Positions 12,901-25,215 are shown, counted from the stretch's first letter. The stretch: 64,000 bases of DNA from Paragordius varius (GCA_964247055.1 OZ176056.1:6200001-6264000), one strand, 5' to 3'. Program-made: numbers and translations. Notes: a model not told the origin generated them from the sequence alone.

Positions 12901-14646
12901 GTTATTAATTTCTTTGCTGGTTTCGTGAAGAGGGTATTGCAGATAGTAAGTCTAAGAGATGCGCAGTATTCTAATAATGTATCACCTTCTTTGTTACGGC
13001 TGCCAAAAGCGTTTCCTCCATGTATTCTCATATAGTCTTCACCATTAGTGCCAACGTGGAAATTGAAATCTCCACCTATAAAAATTTAGTCATTTGGAGG
13101 TATTGCATGGGAAATGTCGTATAGTTGGTTCCAAAAGGCTTGTTTGGTTGCTTCGCTTAATCCAGACTGGGGAGCATAGATGGAAAGTATGTTAAGAATT
13201 TGTTTTTTAAAGCCGATACGTATTTGGATAATTCTTTCGTTGTGTCTGTTTACTTCTATTATATTATCACAATATTCATTTTTAATAGCTATGCCACTCC
13301 ATGTTGGCCTTTCATTTGACCTTTGTAGAAAATTGTATAGTTGTCTATATTCAGCTTTCCCTCAGATTTATATCTTGTTTCCTGGAGGCAACAGATGTCA
13401 ATGTTTTTCTCTTTTATTTGGTCGATAACTAAGTTTGATCTACCGACTAGCGTCGAGATATTCCAAGTGCCGATCTTAAGTGGTTTTACCATATTGTTGG
13501 GTGTTTTTTGATGTTTGTGGTTTTTTAGGAGAGCATTAATATTGTTATCATGTAAATTAATATTATTATCAAAATTAAGATTATCACATATATTAATATC
13601 ATTAATAAAATTATTTGTAAGATTTATATTATCATTTTTAAAATATATATCATTGTTTAAAAGTGTTGTCAATTCATTCATTATTTTCATATACGGTATG
13701 ATTAAGGCGATTGTTTTACAATTTGCATGCCTTTGCAAATCAAGAGACTATTTCGGTGTCCCTGACCTATGGAATTGCCTTTCTGGGCTTACAGAGTTCC
13801 ATCCCCGCTTACATATATTACAAATTGGTTGTTCTAGCAACTGGTTATAGCGCCAGATAAACCCGCTTTTTCATCTGTGTGAATGCAGGTATTGTGGTAT
13901 TTTATAGGAAAAAATAATGGTAGTTTATTTTTTCCACCACACCCCACACAGATGATTTCTTTCCTTTGCCGCTCCCGTTGGTATTAACCAGGGTGCACCA
14001 CGCGGAGGTGGGAGTCGGACTTTGCACCCCGCATATCTATATCGTATAAAAATTTAGATATTTTAAAAGTGAACAATCAATAAATGGTTAAATATAATAA
14101 AAATTTATTCAACACAAAAATAGAACCAAAAATTAATTTAAATATTAAAATGGATACTGATAAATTAAATATAAATTAGTTGATTTTATGATAAACTTTG
14201 GCGTTAAAATAAATACTTCATTAATAAAAAATATAAAAAAAACAGAAATTAACCCTCATATTAATTTTTATGTATGTGACCTGGTCCAGTTTCACAAGTT
14301 ATTGGGAAATGTTTTAAATGTGGAAAAACATTTGATGCTTGGACGTAATAATTGGTTGCATGCACCCACCAATAGGGTCTAGGACTCCTTAAAACCCTAG
14401 GAATTCAAATTTAAAGTCATACCATTTAATCATAAAATTGGTCCAATCAGCAAAAACTGTCAACCAAATTATGTAAACGCCTGCAGATTTGTTCAGCGAA
14501 TATAAAACAGCAAAGTATATAAAAATAATTAGTTTTGGGTCCCCAAAGTGTGAGAAAAATAAAAGTACGGTGTCACGATGTTTAAAAAATCGTTGAATTT
14601 CATAAATTAAATGTGCTTCGTGAGCTAAAATGTATTCTGTATTCAT
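8204..14646 (-). CDS. G6PC: Glucose-6-phosphatase catalytic subunit (PAP2 family), 5 exons (14646-14423, 14396-14281, 9715-9589, 9362-9253, 8862-8204), ~411 aa
   Basis: Complete phosphatase motif: K-x6-RP (KWVLRSPRPYWW), CETGPGNPSGH and SRLYIAAHFPHQ, plus TTPF...GTLMGLAL. Exon phases are consistent and the 5-exon layout resembles vertebrate G6PC. Confidence 0.92.
9900..9940. repeat. (AT)n microsatellite; others at ~6565, 15810, 16775, 23955, 27420 and 58185
   Basis: Direct dinucleotide runs. Confidence 0.9.
10514..14030 (-). mobile_element. Full-length RTE-type non-LTR retrotransposon (APE endonuclease + RT + PHD finger) in G6PC intron 2
   Basis: 17-bp TSD GCATATCTATATCGTAT at 10497-10513 and 14031-14047. 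Endonuclease motifs IGTWNI, CLQETR and GGDFN; RT motifs LHQGSILSP and YADD. Two lesions: a 1-bp deletion near 13293 and an in-frame TAA at 13086-13088. Confidence 0.95.
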
Positions 14647-14714
14647 TTTGATATTTACACCTGATTATAAAACATTAGCAAAAAATGCATGATATTTGAA
14701 AATTTAAATTACTT
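14647..14714. promoter_or_regulatory. Putative bidirectional promoter / overlapping 5' regions of G6PC and SSADH
   Basis: The two divergent ATGs (14646 minus, 14715 plus) are separated by only 68 bp. The regulatory role is inferred. Confidence 0.55.
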
Positions 14715-16772
14715 ATGGATTTTAAATTATTATTAAATTGCTCAATTAAATCTAATATACATAAAAGACACATTCATTCTCTTACAAATAAAGCATTTAT
14801 AAATGGAAAATGGATAGTTAGTGAAGACGATAAAAGGTAAATACAATTTTTACGCAACAAACTCTAATCCATTTTACTTTTAGTTTTGGGGTTTTAAATC
14901 CAGCATCCCAAAAAATTATTGGTCAAGTCCCCGATCTTAGTGTCGAACAAGTAGCATATGGGATTGAAAAGGCTAAAATCTCGTTTGACAAATGGAAGAA
15001 TACTACTGGAAAAGTTTTTAAATAATTTAATTTTTATATCATAATTATAGGAAAGAGCCCGATACTTACGTAAAATACACGATTTGCTTATCAAACACAA
15101 AGATTATTTAATGGACATTATTACACAAGAAAATGTATGCCTGAATATTATTAATAATTTTTAAACGAAAAACTTGGTCTACATTACTTTCTGTTTTAGG
15201 GGAAAACTCATCGTGAGTCATTGGCTGAGGTAGAATCTGCTATCAGTTATTTCGATTGGTTTTCCAGTGAAGCTTTTAAAATTACCGGTGATATTCTTCA
15301 GAATTCCAATCAAAAATCTCTACATGTCCATAAAATACCTCTTGGAGTTTGTGCCTTTATAACACCTGTAATTTTTTAATTCAGTTAAATAACTAGTATA
15401 TTAAATATTATTTAATTTCACCCATTGTCATAGTGCCAAACAACTTATCATGCAAATATTTGGCAAGTCGATATATTTTTAACTGTTTAGTACTATTTTG
15501 TACCAATTTTTACTTGTAGAAAGACATATTTTTTACCAGTGATAGTGTGTAATATTTTTAGAATTAGCTTTATCGGATAATGTTTTTTTACAAACAGATG
15601 ATTGTGTCTAATTGATAAAATTAGGTTTTTTTGTTTTATGTTTAGTGGAATTTTCCCCTGTCCATGTTGGCACGTAAAATAGCGCCCTCTTTAGCAGCCG
15701 GATGCACCTGTGTGGTTAAACCATCGGATCAAACTCCATTTTCAGCTTTAGCCTTAGCTAAAGTATGTAAAAAATTGAAATTTTGCCGTAAAAATTTTAA
15801 CTAAATTCATATATGTATATATATATATATATATATTGGAAATGTAAGGATTAAAACTGAAAGCCTGTTTTATATTGTTTATTAAGTAAAGATCAAATCA
15901 TTTAAATTTGATTACAAATTGAATTATGGGAGTATTTAACTTAAACTAAATCCTAATTTGTTTATTGAATCGAGTTAAATAAATTTAATTATTTGCAACG
16001 CATTTGATATAGTAATGAAATGCCATTATAAAAAATAAAATTGCACCAAAATTATAATTCAATCAAATGCGAATCCAATCGCTTTTTAACCATATTTAGT
16101 TTTATAAATGTATGTTTTTTATGATTATTAGATAAGTCTGGAAGCTGACTTACCAGCTGGAGTCCTTAACATTGTAACGTCGTCGGGTAAAAAAACACCC
16201 AATTTCGGAATTATGTTATGTTGTCATCCGGCTATTTCAAAGGTTTCTTTCACCGGTTCCACTGCGACAGGAAAAGTAAGATTTTTTATTTTGATAATTA
16301 AAATTAATTGACTCGAATTCGTTTTATAAAGAGTAAAAAACCATATTTTTTAACTTATAAATTGGAATAAAGACAAAATTTAAAGCTAAAGGGCAAATAA
16401 TTTCTTGAAGTCAGACATACTAAAACCTTTATAATTATAATATGACCAAAATGATTTCGAATGTGAAATATAAAATTGTATGAGTAATTTTTTTATTACT
16501 ATTTATTTTGTTGGATATATTCAAAAAAATTTAAGGTTCAATATTTTATTCTTAAATAAAATAGTCATTTATCTTTAATGTTTTATTTACTATACCCTAA
16601 TGATTGTTAAATTTTGGGACTACATAATTGTATATGAGTTATCGAATTCGTTTAATTTTTATGAAACTAATAATATTATATAAATCACACTTTGTTGACA
16701 TATATATTATTTTCAAAGAATATAAATTTTTAACATGAAATGATGTAATGGAAAAACTTGCAATAGTTTTAG

Positions 16773-16814
<42 letters not shown>

Positions 16815-19800
16815 CTACAAATCATGGAAACTATTTTTGAATCAATCCCCATATATTTTAACCCAAATATTTTTGTAATATGGAAAGTGAAAATAATCTT
16901 AAAATCAAAATTTGTTATCAAAAATAATTTTACGGATTGTTCTTAAATCTTTTATTATTTATTTTTATATATTAGACTTTGTTATCACATTGTGCCACGG
17001 GTGTTAAGCGAACCAGTATGGAGCTGGGTGGAAATGCGCCCTTCATCATATTCCCATCAGCTGATCTAGGATCAGCTGTTGACGGGGTCATAGCCAGTAG
17101 GTTTAGATGTGCCGGACAAGTTAAGTTTGTTATAGAGAAACATTGTTTATAATTTAAATTAATTTAATATCTTTTTTTTGTTAAAATTAAAATTTACCTA
17201 CAAATTAATTATAATAAGTTTACCCTGATTTCACTTTTTGTTAACTAATTTAACAATGTTTATTTTTATTATTTAATACATAGTGTTTTACAATACATAT
17301 ATAAAATCTATATATTTATAAAATAGATAGTACGTTTTATACATATATATTTTGCTAGCGTATAATCGCGATAGTATAATAATAAAAATTTTCATCTGAA
17401 GTTATTTTAATAGCGTCGAACAAAAATCTAAAATAAATTCATATTCATTCCAAAATAAATTTTTAAATTTTTCACCCAAAATATTGAAATATTTATATTT
17501 TTTGTTATTTTTAACATTTCCCCCTTACATTTTAACGATGCTATTATAAAAATATAACATATTTTTTTTATAGAATTTTTAGCATCAAAAAAAAGTTGAA
17601 AATAAAAGTTAATATTTTATTCTTAAAAACTATTTTTTTGTATTTATAATAATTTAGACATGCGTTTGTGCAAATCGCCTCATAATTCACACTGATATTT
17701 ATGATACGGTTCTTACTTTACTGAAAGAACGAATTGCAAAGCTTAATGAAGGACCAGGGAATGATCCAGCAATTAATATGGGCCCTCTCATAAATAAAGA
17801 GGCCGCTGATAGGGTAATTTTGTTGCAAAAAAATAATGTGAGTTTTTTTTGTAAAAAAAAATAAAAATTGAAAGTATATTTATACTGGCAAAAACAATTA
17901 ATATTGATTTTTATTTTTAGGTTTGTATAGGTAAAACTAAAAAAATTTAGGGGTTTAGCTCTTGAATCATTGTTTTAGATGTAAAAGAGGTAGGTGGGAT
18001 TATATATTTACATTAAAAATTAAAATTATAAAGATGAAAATTAAAAGAATATATTGGTTAATAACTCCTTGTATGTAAAATATATAAATTTGTTAAAATA
18101 ATAATTGTGGAACTTAATGATCGTTTATTGATTATATAAAATATTAATAGAAATAAAGGGAATATAAATAAACGATAATAAAGTTTGAACATACAAACAA
18201 ACAGTTTGCTATTCTGATAATGCGTTATACCAGTGTTGAATATTGGTTTGTTTCCTTTTAAGGAAATTTTTTGTAATAGCGTTTTATATAAGGTAATTCC
18301 TCTCTTCTGTTAAAGAATCCATATCTTTTTGGGGTGTTGTTTGATTAAGAGTGGTGATTGTATCTTACTAATATGTTTCTAATCAAATGTTTTTCGATTT
18401 CTTGTGAACTTTTATTGTATGGTAGACAAAGAGACTAATTTTTTTATTAAAACGTATCTTCGGTTTTTGTTTTTGAAATAATAGGATTATAATAATGCAA
18501 TCAGTTAGTTTGCTCTAATAAATGTCGTACTATAAATGCAGTTTGTTCATTTTAAAGCATAAAAACTTAGCCATATACCAACACATACAATATATATAAA
18601 AGACAATGGGTTTCATACAAAGTATTTGTCCAGAAAAAAAATTTTCATAAGATGCACTCTATAACTATTCACATAACGTAGAAGGTATATACTCAACAAA
18701 ATAGAAGAACCTCTTAACAAACACCCCATCACAAAAAATATCCTTAAAAAGAATCCAATATATAACACTGGTATTACGCATCAAAAAATATCAAACTGTT
18801 TTTATTTTCTATTTGTTTGATTTCTATTTTTAATATTTTATATAATTGATAAAGGATTAATTAGTAAGATCCGAAAACAATATTATTATTTTAATAAATT
18901 TATTTATTTTACACGAGATATTTACAATTTCCTTTTAAATCAAAGCTCTTCTTCAAAATATTAAAAGAATATTTTTTTATATACCACCATATTTTTCTTT
19001 TGATTTTTATGGACAACGAATAGATTTGTAAATTGGTAGCATACTATATATAATTTTGTAATTTCAAGCATTTATATTATAGAAAATAAAGATGTGAACA
19101 AGTATGAAGAAAAAATATTTTATTTATTACGTTTTATCTGATTTTTAAAAAATTTTTAAAGAGTTTAAATTTTTACTGTAACACCTTCAATTTTTTGAAT
19201 TTTTTACGCCTTATAAATAAAAAAATTTAAAGATAAATTAATATAAAAATTACTTAAAAAATATCAGAAGAAGGGCCGATTTAAATACTATCAAATATTT
19301 TTATCATATATATCATTAAAAACAAAATTAAATAATCCACAGCTGTGCATTAACATACAATTTGATGTCGACAGGATTACATGCTAAATTGTAAAATCAA
19401 ACTTATTATATATTAATCTTTCCTAAACTTGATATTTTTACTAAAAATTAATAATTAAATTATCTTTTATACATTTATCGAAAATTATATCCATACACAG
19501 TGTATGTAGTATACAGGAGTTAGGCAAAACCTGCCTGTTTAAATTTAATTTTCCCTAAAATATTTGAAATTATATCATAAAGAACAAATTTAAAAATGAT
19601 ATAAATTTTTTATAGTATGATTTACATTCAACTTTTTGCGTAGTTATTTTCTTAAAACTACTTTTAGAAATCGAAAAAGTTTAATATACATAAATATGAG
19701 TTAATAAGTAATTAAAGCGATAATTATTTGTGAAAAGGGTTCTGTTTAAATGGACGTACTAGTGTTAATTATAGAATCGGTTTGATGACTTGTATAGGCA

Positions 19801-22004
19801 GTTTCATAATTTAGTAATATTGAACATATGTGTAATTTTTAAAAAAGTGACCGATTAAATTGATTTTAATTCGTGTTAAAAAATAAATTAAAGAAATTTT
19901 GTTTTTTTTTCGCTTACATTTTACACAAGTTTTACACCATTGTGGTGTATTAATTAAATCTGGTTTGATATTGGTGTAAAATTATTTTAAATCACAAAAA
20001 AATGAAATTTTAACCACCCATAATATTGTAAATTATGTTACACTTACGTTTAAAAGTTTTTTAAAGGTTTATCATTTAAAAAAAGTTATTTTATGGTAAA
20101 TGTGTTTTGTCTCTTTTATTATATGTGCGAAAATCTGTTTTAGGTGGAATCTTTGATCGCAGATGCCTGTTCCAAGGGTGGAGAAATCGTGACAGGGGGC
20201 GAACGAATGGGTGACACTTTTATAAGACCGACTCTGATTCAAAATATAAATCCGGACATGCGGATTTGGTCTGAAGAAATTTTTGGACCAGTCTTACCTG
20301 TTATTAAGTAATTTATTTTACTTTTTTTTCTAATATAAAACAGTCAGTTATAAAAACCGAAGGTTAGATTTGAGTTTAACCCGTTATATGAATAGATTGA
20401 ATATGAAAAGTATTGAATATTGTTAATTTAAAAAATTGATAACAGTAGAAATTATCGTTTAAACGATAAGACAAACAATTTTTTGGATAAATAATAGCAA
20501 CTTTTTTTCATCTGGATTGTTTTACAATTACCCTATAGGAATAGGGATTTAAGTTTGTATTGTAAGTTTATGTATGAAAAATTTAGGTTTCTACAAACTA
20601 AAGCTGTTTTTATAAAAAAAAATGTTTGTCTTTTGGTTTTTACTTTTTGTTTTGTAAATTATTTTCATTGTATATGACTAGGGTTCGAGCGGTTATGAAA
20701 ACTATGTCCTTGATTTGAGAATAGGTGCCACTTATGTAAATGGCTAGTCAAATTTAAACATTTTATCATGCTTGATTTTAAAATCAATATAATATAAATT
20801 ATGGTATTATAACACCCTTATGAAAATGATAATATTTTCTCCCTTATATAAATGATGGTATTAACACCCTTATGAAAATGTGAAACTTTTAAATATATAT
20901 CAAATAATACTTAATGATATATGCGGAAAAAAAAATTATTTTTATATAAAATATATATATCATGAAAACTGTATTTTACTGTAAAAAAAACTTTAATTTA
21001 TTATTACTTAATATAAACTTGCTTCTTTAGTTTGGTTTAGTTTCAACATATATTTTACATTTTAGATAAGATAATAATTACAAATGGTTACATATCTAAT
21101 TAGCGGATGCCTCAATATTTTTTTTAAACAGGTTGTTTTAGATTATCAAATAATTTTTAGTTTTACACCTTTCATTTTACCTATTTAGATTTGATGATGA
21201 ATCACAAGCGATTGCAATAGCCAATGATACCATCTATGGACTGGCTGGTAATTTTTTTCATTAATAAAACTTGTTCGATATATTAAAAACTTGATTTTTT
21301 ATAATTTTCATTTTTTAAATTTGTTAAATAATACTTGTAAAACATATTTTTGTTAGAATGCAGGGGTATCCGACTGACCTCCGAGACTCTTTGTGGAAAA
21401 ATAAGAATCTATAATTTGTAAAAAGAGGATCAAAATCTTGGTAAAATTAATATTTTTAAGCAATTTTACCGGAATAAGTCTATAGAAAAAATTGTAATGT
21501 TGTCTTTGCATTTTACAGTGTTAGGTTTGAAATTTAATAATTTATCTATGAATGTCAATTAATAATTAAAATGCGGGCCAGATTTGAGTCAAATATGCGG
21601 CCCACGAAGCCTATTTGTGTTGGATATCCCTGGTTTTATGTTATGTTAATAATTTTTATTCATATAATTTAGCATATTTTTTTCCCCAAATTAATAACGA
21701 AATTTTATTTAAACTTAATACAAAAAAAACAAAATATTTATTTCACGTTTTAGCCAAATTTATTCTTATCTATCCGTATACCGATTTAGCATACTTTTAC
21801 TCAAATGATGAGGGACAAATCCATCGTGTCCAATCAGCCTTAGATTTTGGAATGATTGGTATTAATGCTGGCCATGTTTCGTGTGTTGAAGCCCCTTTCG
21901 AGGGCAGAAAACAGTCAGGTTTTGGGGTTGAGGGCTCAAAATATGGCATTTCCCAATACCTAGCCCATAAAGTCGTTTCCCGGAATTATTATGTCACCGC
22001 ATAA
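14715..22004 (+). CDS. ALDH5A1: Succinate-semialdehyde dehydrogenase (mitochondrial ALDH5-like), 11 exons (14715-14836, 14884-15013, 15051-15134, 15200-15367, 15646-15762, 16132-16275, 16976-17119, 17658-17813, 20144-20307, 21189-21247, 21790-22004), 500 aa
   Basis: Motifs [50 protein letters not shown] and [13 protein letters not shown]. The exons sum to 1503 nt in frame. The N-terminus resembles a mitochondrial presequence (KRHIHS). Confidence 0.92.
18199..18801. repeat. Degenerate foldback (inverted repeat) element in SSADH intron 8
   Basis: aaacagtttgctattctgataatgcgttataccagtgttgaatattgg pairs with ccaatatataacactggtattacgcatc...caaactgttt, and the arms continue imperfectly inward. Confidence 0.6.
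21361..21632. mobile_element. hAT-type MITE remnant in SSADH intron 10
   Basis: Imperfect TIR CAGGGGTATCCGA / TTGGATATCCCTG with internal gcgggcc/gcggccc motifs. No clean TSD. Confidence 0.45.
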
Positions 22005-22075
22005 ATTAATTAATTTACTTGTGTAGTCATGTATGTATCTTTTATTTTATCAAAAAAATTTATTTATTTTATTTT

Positions 22076-22236
22076 TTTCGTTAAATATGGGTATAATAAA
22101 TATTTGGTAAAGAATGAATAGAAAAGCTTCATGGTAGTTCTTTTATACCCTTTTAATGAATATGATATTGTTGATACCATAAAGCTTTTGTTTTTTCCAT
22201 TCTTTACCAAACATTTATTATACCCATTTAACGAAA
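22076..22236. repeat. Hairpin (~60-bp arms) just downstream of the SSADH stop codon
   Basis: tttcgttaaatatgggtataataaatatttggtaaagaatg...aagcttcatggta pairs with taccataaagctt...cattctttaccaaacatttattatacccatttaacgaaa. Confidence 0.85.
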
Positions 22237-23249
22237 AAAACATAATTTTTTTGGTAAAATAGACTGTATTTACTTACTGTAATTGGAATCGTACAATTTT
22301 TTTAGAGTTAACCATACCTTTAAACTTTACCTTTTTTGAATATAACTTATTGTTTTGGGTTGCACCATAAGAAATAAATATATAAATTGATACTACACTA
22401 TAAAGAATATTTTTCAACTGTGACCCTTTAGGTTTGGGTATATCAAATCAAGGTTAATAAAAAGTATGGCTATCTTTATTAAAAAATATTTTGTCTTTTG
22501 ATTTTAACGCCTTTTTTGTACAATTTCAATTTGCACTCTACTTAATGTAAAAATTTGGAAGGAGGGTTATCATTTTTTTAAAAGGTTTGCCATATTATAC
22601 CATTGATTAGTTTTTTTATATAAAGTTTATGTTTGGAAACTATTTACATGCAATTAAAATATTTATTTTTTATGAAATATTCAGATTTTTGCAACCCTTG
22701 TCTTTTCCTATTAGGATGTGAAAATTAATAGCAATTTAATTATAAATATTGGAATCTTAATTATTAATATTTATTTATTTGTTTAACATTAACTATATAT
22801 TGTACTTTCATATTTTTGTACTTATTTTTGATATACTAGACACAATTAATAAATTATTTATTTATAATTGCTTTTAGGTAAAATCTTTATATACATTATG
22901 GACAGGTAACCGCTAAACACAGCTAATAGTGAAAATTTAAATTTATTAGTTTTTGGGATTCAAAAATAAATGTTTTTGTATAATAATTTTACAGTAAAAA
23001 TCAAAATTTTAAAGACAAAACATAGTTTTAAACTTTGGTTCTACTGATAGAACCTATCGTTTTGGTTACGAAATAAGGTAACTGTATTTTATATTTTATA
23101 ATTATATCAATTAAGTTAAGTTGTATAGAAAAAAATCAAACATTAAAATATGGTTTCTTTAATATAAAGATAATATAACCATTTACTATTTATGTTTTGT
23201 CTTGTATGGTGAAACATTTTTATTGAATTGTAACTTTAACATTTTTAGT

Positions 23250-23385
23250 CAAACACTTTTTCAAGCAAACGGAACACTTTTTCGAAACGCCATATTTTAA
23301 TTCCTATTGGATGAAAAAAATGTTGCATTTGCTTGAAAAAATGCTGCTTTTGGCTGAAAAAGTATTGCCTTTGATTGAAAATAAT
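23250..23385. mobile_element. Foldback MITE with 22-bp tandem arms (copy 2)
   Basis: The same aaaaaatgttgc...tttg..tg units as at 3515-3675, with reverse-complement units on the left. Confidence 0.5.
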
Positions 23386-23409
23386 CACTCATTTGTATAG
23401 AGATTATCG

Positions 23410-23720
23410 CCATTAAATGGCCGTACACCCTTTAATTTTTTCCAATCTTTTTTATCTGGCTAATTTTAGATTTAAATAAAGCGATTCGAGGTCTTTTGTT
23501 ATTGTGTTGAGCCATGTGGTATGGGGTCGGCCGGATTTGGCTGATAGTTCAACCGAGTAATTTTTCAAGTTTCAAGGATATGGGTATCTTCCCTTTCAAC
23601 ATGTCCAGTCATTATAACCGGTGATTCCTGATGACGTCGTTGGTTGATGGGTTTGAGATTTGAGTTATATGGTACGGGTTTATGGATTCGGTGTAGTTGA
23701 ATTTAGATGGGTATATAATT
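23410..23720 (-). mobile_element. Degenerate 3' fragment of an RTE LINE
   Basis: Minus-strand GHVEREDTHILE and GRPHTTWLNTITKDL match the RTE C-terminal GH...GRP..TW...DL pattern; frameshifted. Confidence 0.65.
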
Positions 23721-23953
23721 GAATTCATAAATTTAAATAAAATATTTTTTAAGTACTTTATAAATATATCCGGTTTCTGAATGATTAAAAGTTGATATCG
23801 ATTTAAGTATTGTTAAATCAAGAAAATAGGTTAAAAATGTTAAAAATACCGGTTTGATTTAAAACAAATAAAAAAAGTTGAAGGACCAACTCAAGTGTTC
23901 AGGGACTAATTCGAAGTGCAAACGGTATATATATCAAAAATTCATAATATGCA

Positions 23954-23994
<41 letters not shown>

Positions 23995-24798
23995 GGTAAC
24001 TATGAAACTATTTGTTATGTATTCAATAAAACTGTTAAAACCTGCGAGAAAATCATAAGCAAAGTTGTTAAAGTTATATTAAAGGCATGAAATGCATATT
24101 ACAATTTTTTACTTGAGAAAATTTTATAAATAAAATTTTTTATAAGTTAGACAGCTCGCTTTTATAATTCAAAATATAAAACAAAATGATATGCATTTGA
24201 TCTATAATGCGATTAATAAGTTTATTTAAAAGTTGGATTTTTTTGTAAAAAGAATTTTTATTGTCTGAAAATACTCCCACAAAAAAGTTTTTAGGCATGA
24301 AAACAATTCACTATTCAAAAAACGACAACCTCCGGATGTTAATTAAAAAACAGTGATGTATAAATAATTTGTTTGGACTAGAACGTGAATTATTTAGGAA
24401 ATATGGTTGGTAATTAATAATATACTACCCTTAAATACAACCAAACAATACAACTCACAAAATACAACCAATAGCTTGCATTGGCCCCTGTGCAGGAATT
24501 CATGATGCGCCCCCCCTTGCATTTTAAAAAAAATAATCAGATTCAAACCGTGCACATAGAAAGATTATTTTTTATGTATGATTCAAGATCATTTTTTAAG
24601 ATCCGGCGCCCCTTTGACTATGGCAGTGCATTAGGACCATTCCCCCCCTAGCTACACCTCTCCAATCGACATCAATCCATGTTGGAAAATTCTTAGGGCC
24701 GCAGATAAACCATATGTTCGCAAAATAAAAATATTTATGCTGCAATTTAATTTATTTCATATTGTGCCATTAAATTAAAATTTCATTTCATCCAGCTC

Positions 24799-25072
24799 CT
24801 ATCCATAAAATGGAAATCCATATCCGAGTCCATAGCCCAAACCGCCATACAAACCATATGGACTGTAAGGTAAGCCATAGCCTAAGCCATACCCATAACC
24901 ACCATAAAATGGATATTGAGCATTAACTGCAGATTTCACATTCTCAAACACCGAGTTGAAAGACAAAACCTATATGAAAACGTTCAAATATTAAAAATTT
25001 ATCGTTAAAAATAAATAAAAAAGGGTTACATACCACTAAAACAGCGAACAGAGCAGTTATAAAAGATTTCAT
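24799..25072 (-). CDS. Small secreted Gly/Tyr-rich peptide precursor A, 2 exons (25072-25034, 24969-24799), 69 aa
   Basis: MKSFITALFAVLV|VLSFNSVFENVKSAVNA-QYPFYGGYGYGLGYGLPYSPYGLYGGLGYGLGYGFPFYG*. It has a 64-nt GT-AG phase-0 intron and a signal-peptide-like N-terminus. It is absent from the ORF track because each exon is short. Confidence 0.85.
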
Positions 25073-25177
25073 AGTGTTGTTGAGATTTTTGAGGTATTGA
25101 CTAGAATAGAATAGCAAGGTAAGAGAATGGTATAAAACGTTAGGAGATTAACTGTAATGTAAGATGTAGAAAAAAGA

Positions 25178-25215
25178 GAAATGATAAATTTCAAAACGGT
25201 TCGAGGGTTTTTATA
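25178..25215 (-). promoter_or_regulatory. TATA box and Inr-like motif of peptide gene A
   Basis: Minus-strand TATAAAAA at 25215-25208 and TCATTTC at 25184-25178, about 30 bp downstream. Confidence 0.45.

Noticed and set aside
13286-13300. Possible programmed frameshift between the RTE N-terminal ORF and the RT ORF
   Set aside because: The break falls inside the endonuclease domain, has no slippery heptamer, and a second in-frame stop follows. It is simple decay.
20801-20881. Short direct repeat atggtatt(at)aacacccttatgaaaatg x2 in a SSADH intron
   Set aside because: It is a local tandem duplication with no sign of function.
24825-24850. Suspected frameshift in Gly/Tyr peptide gene A
   Set aside because: On recount the sequence reads ggc ggt ttg ggc, which stays in frame to the TAG at 24801-24799.
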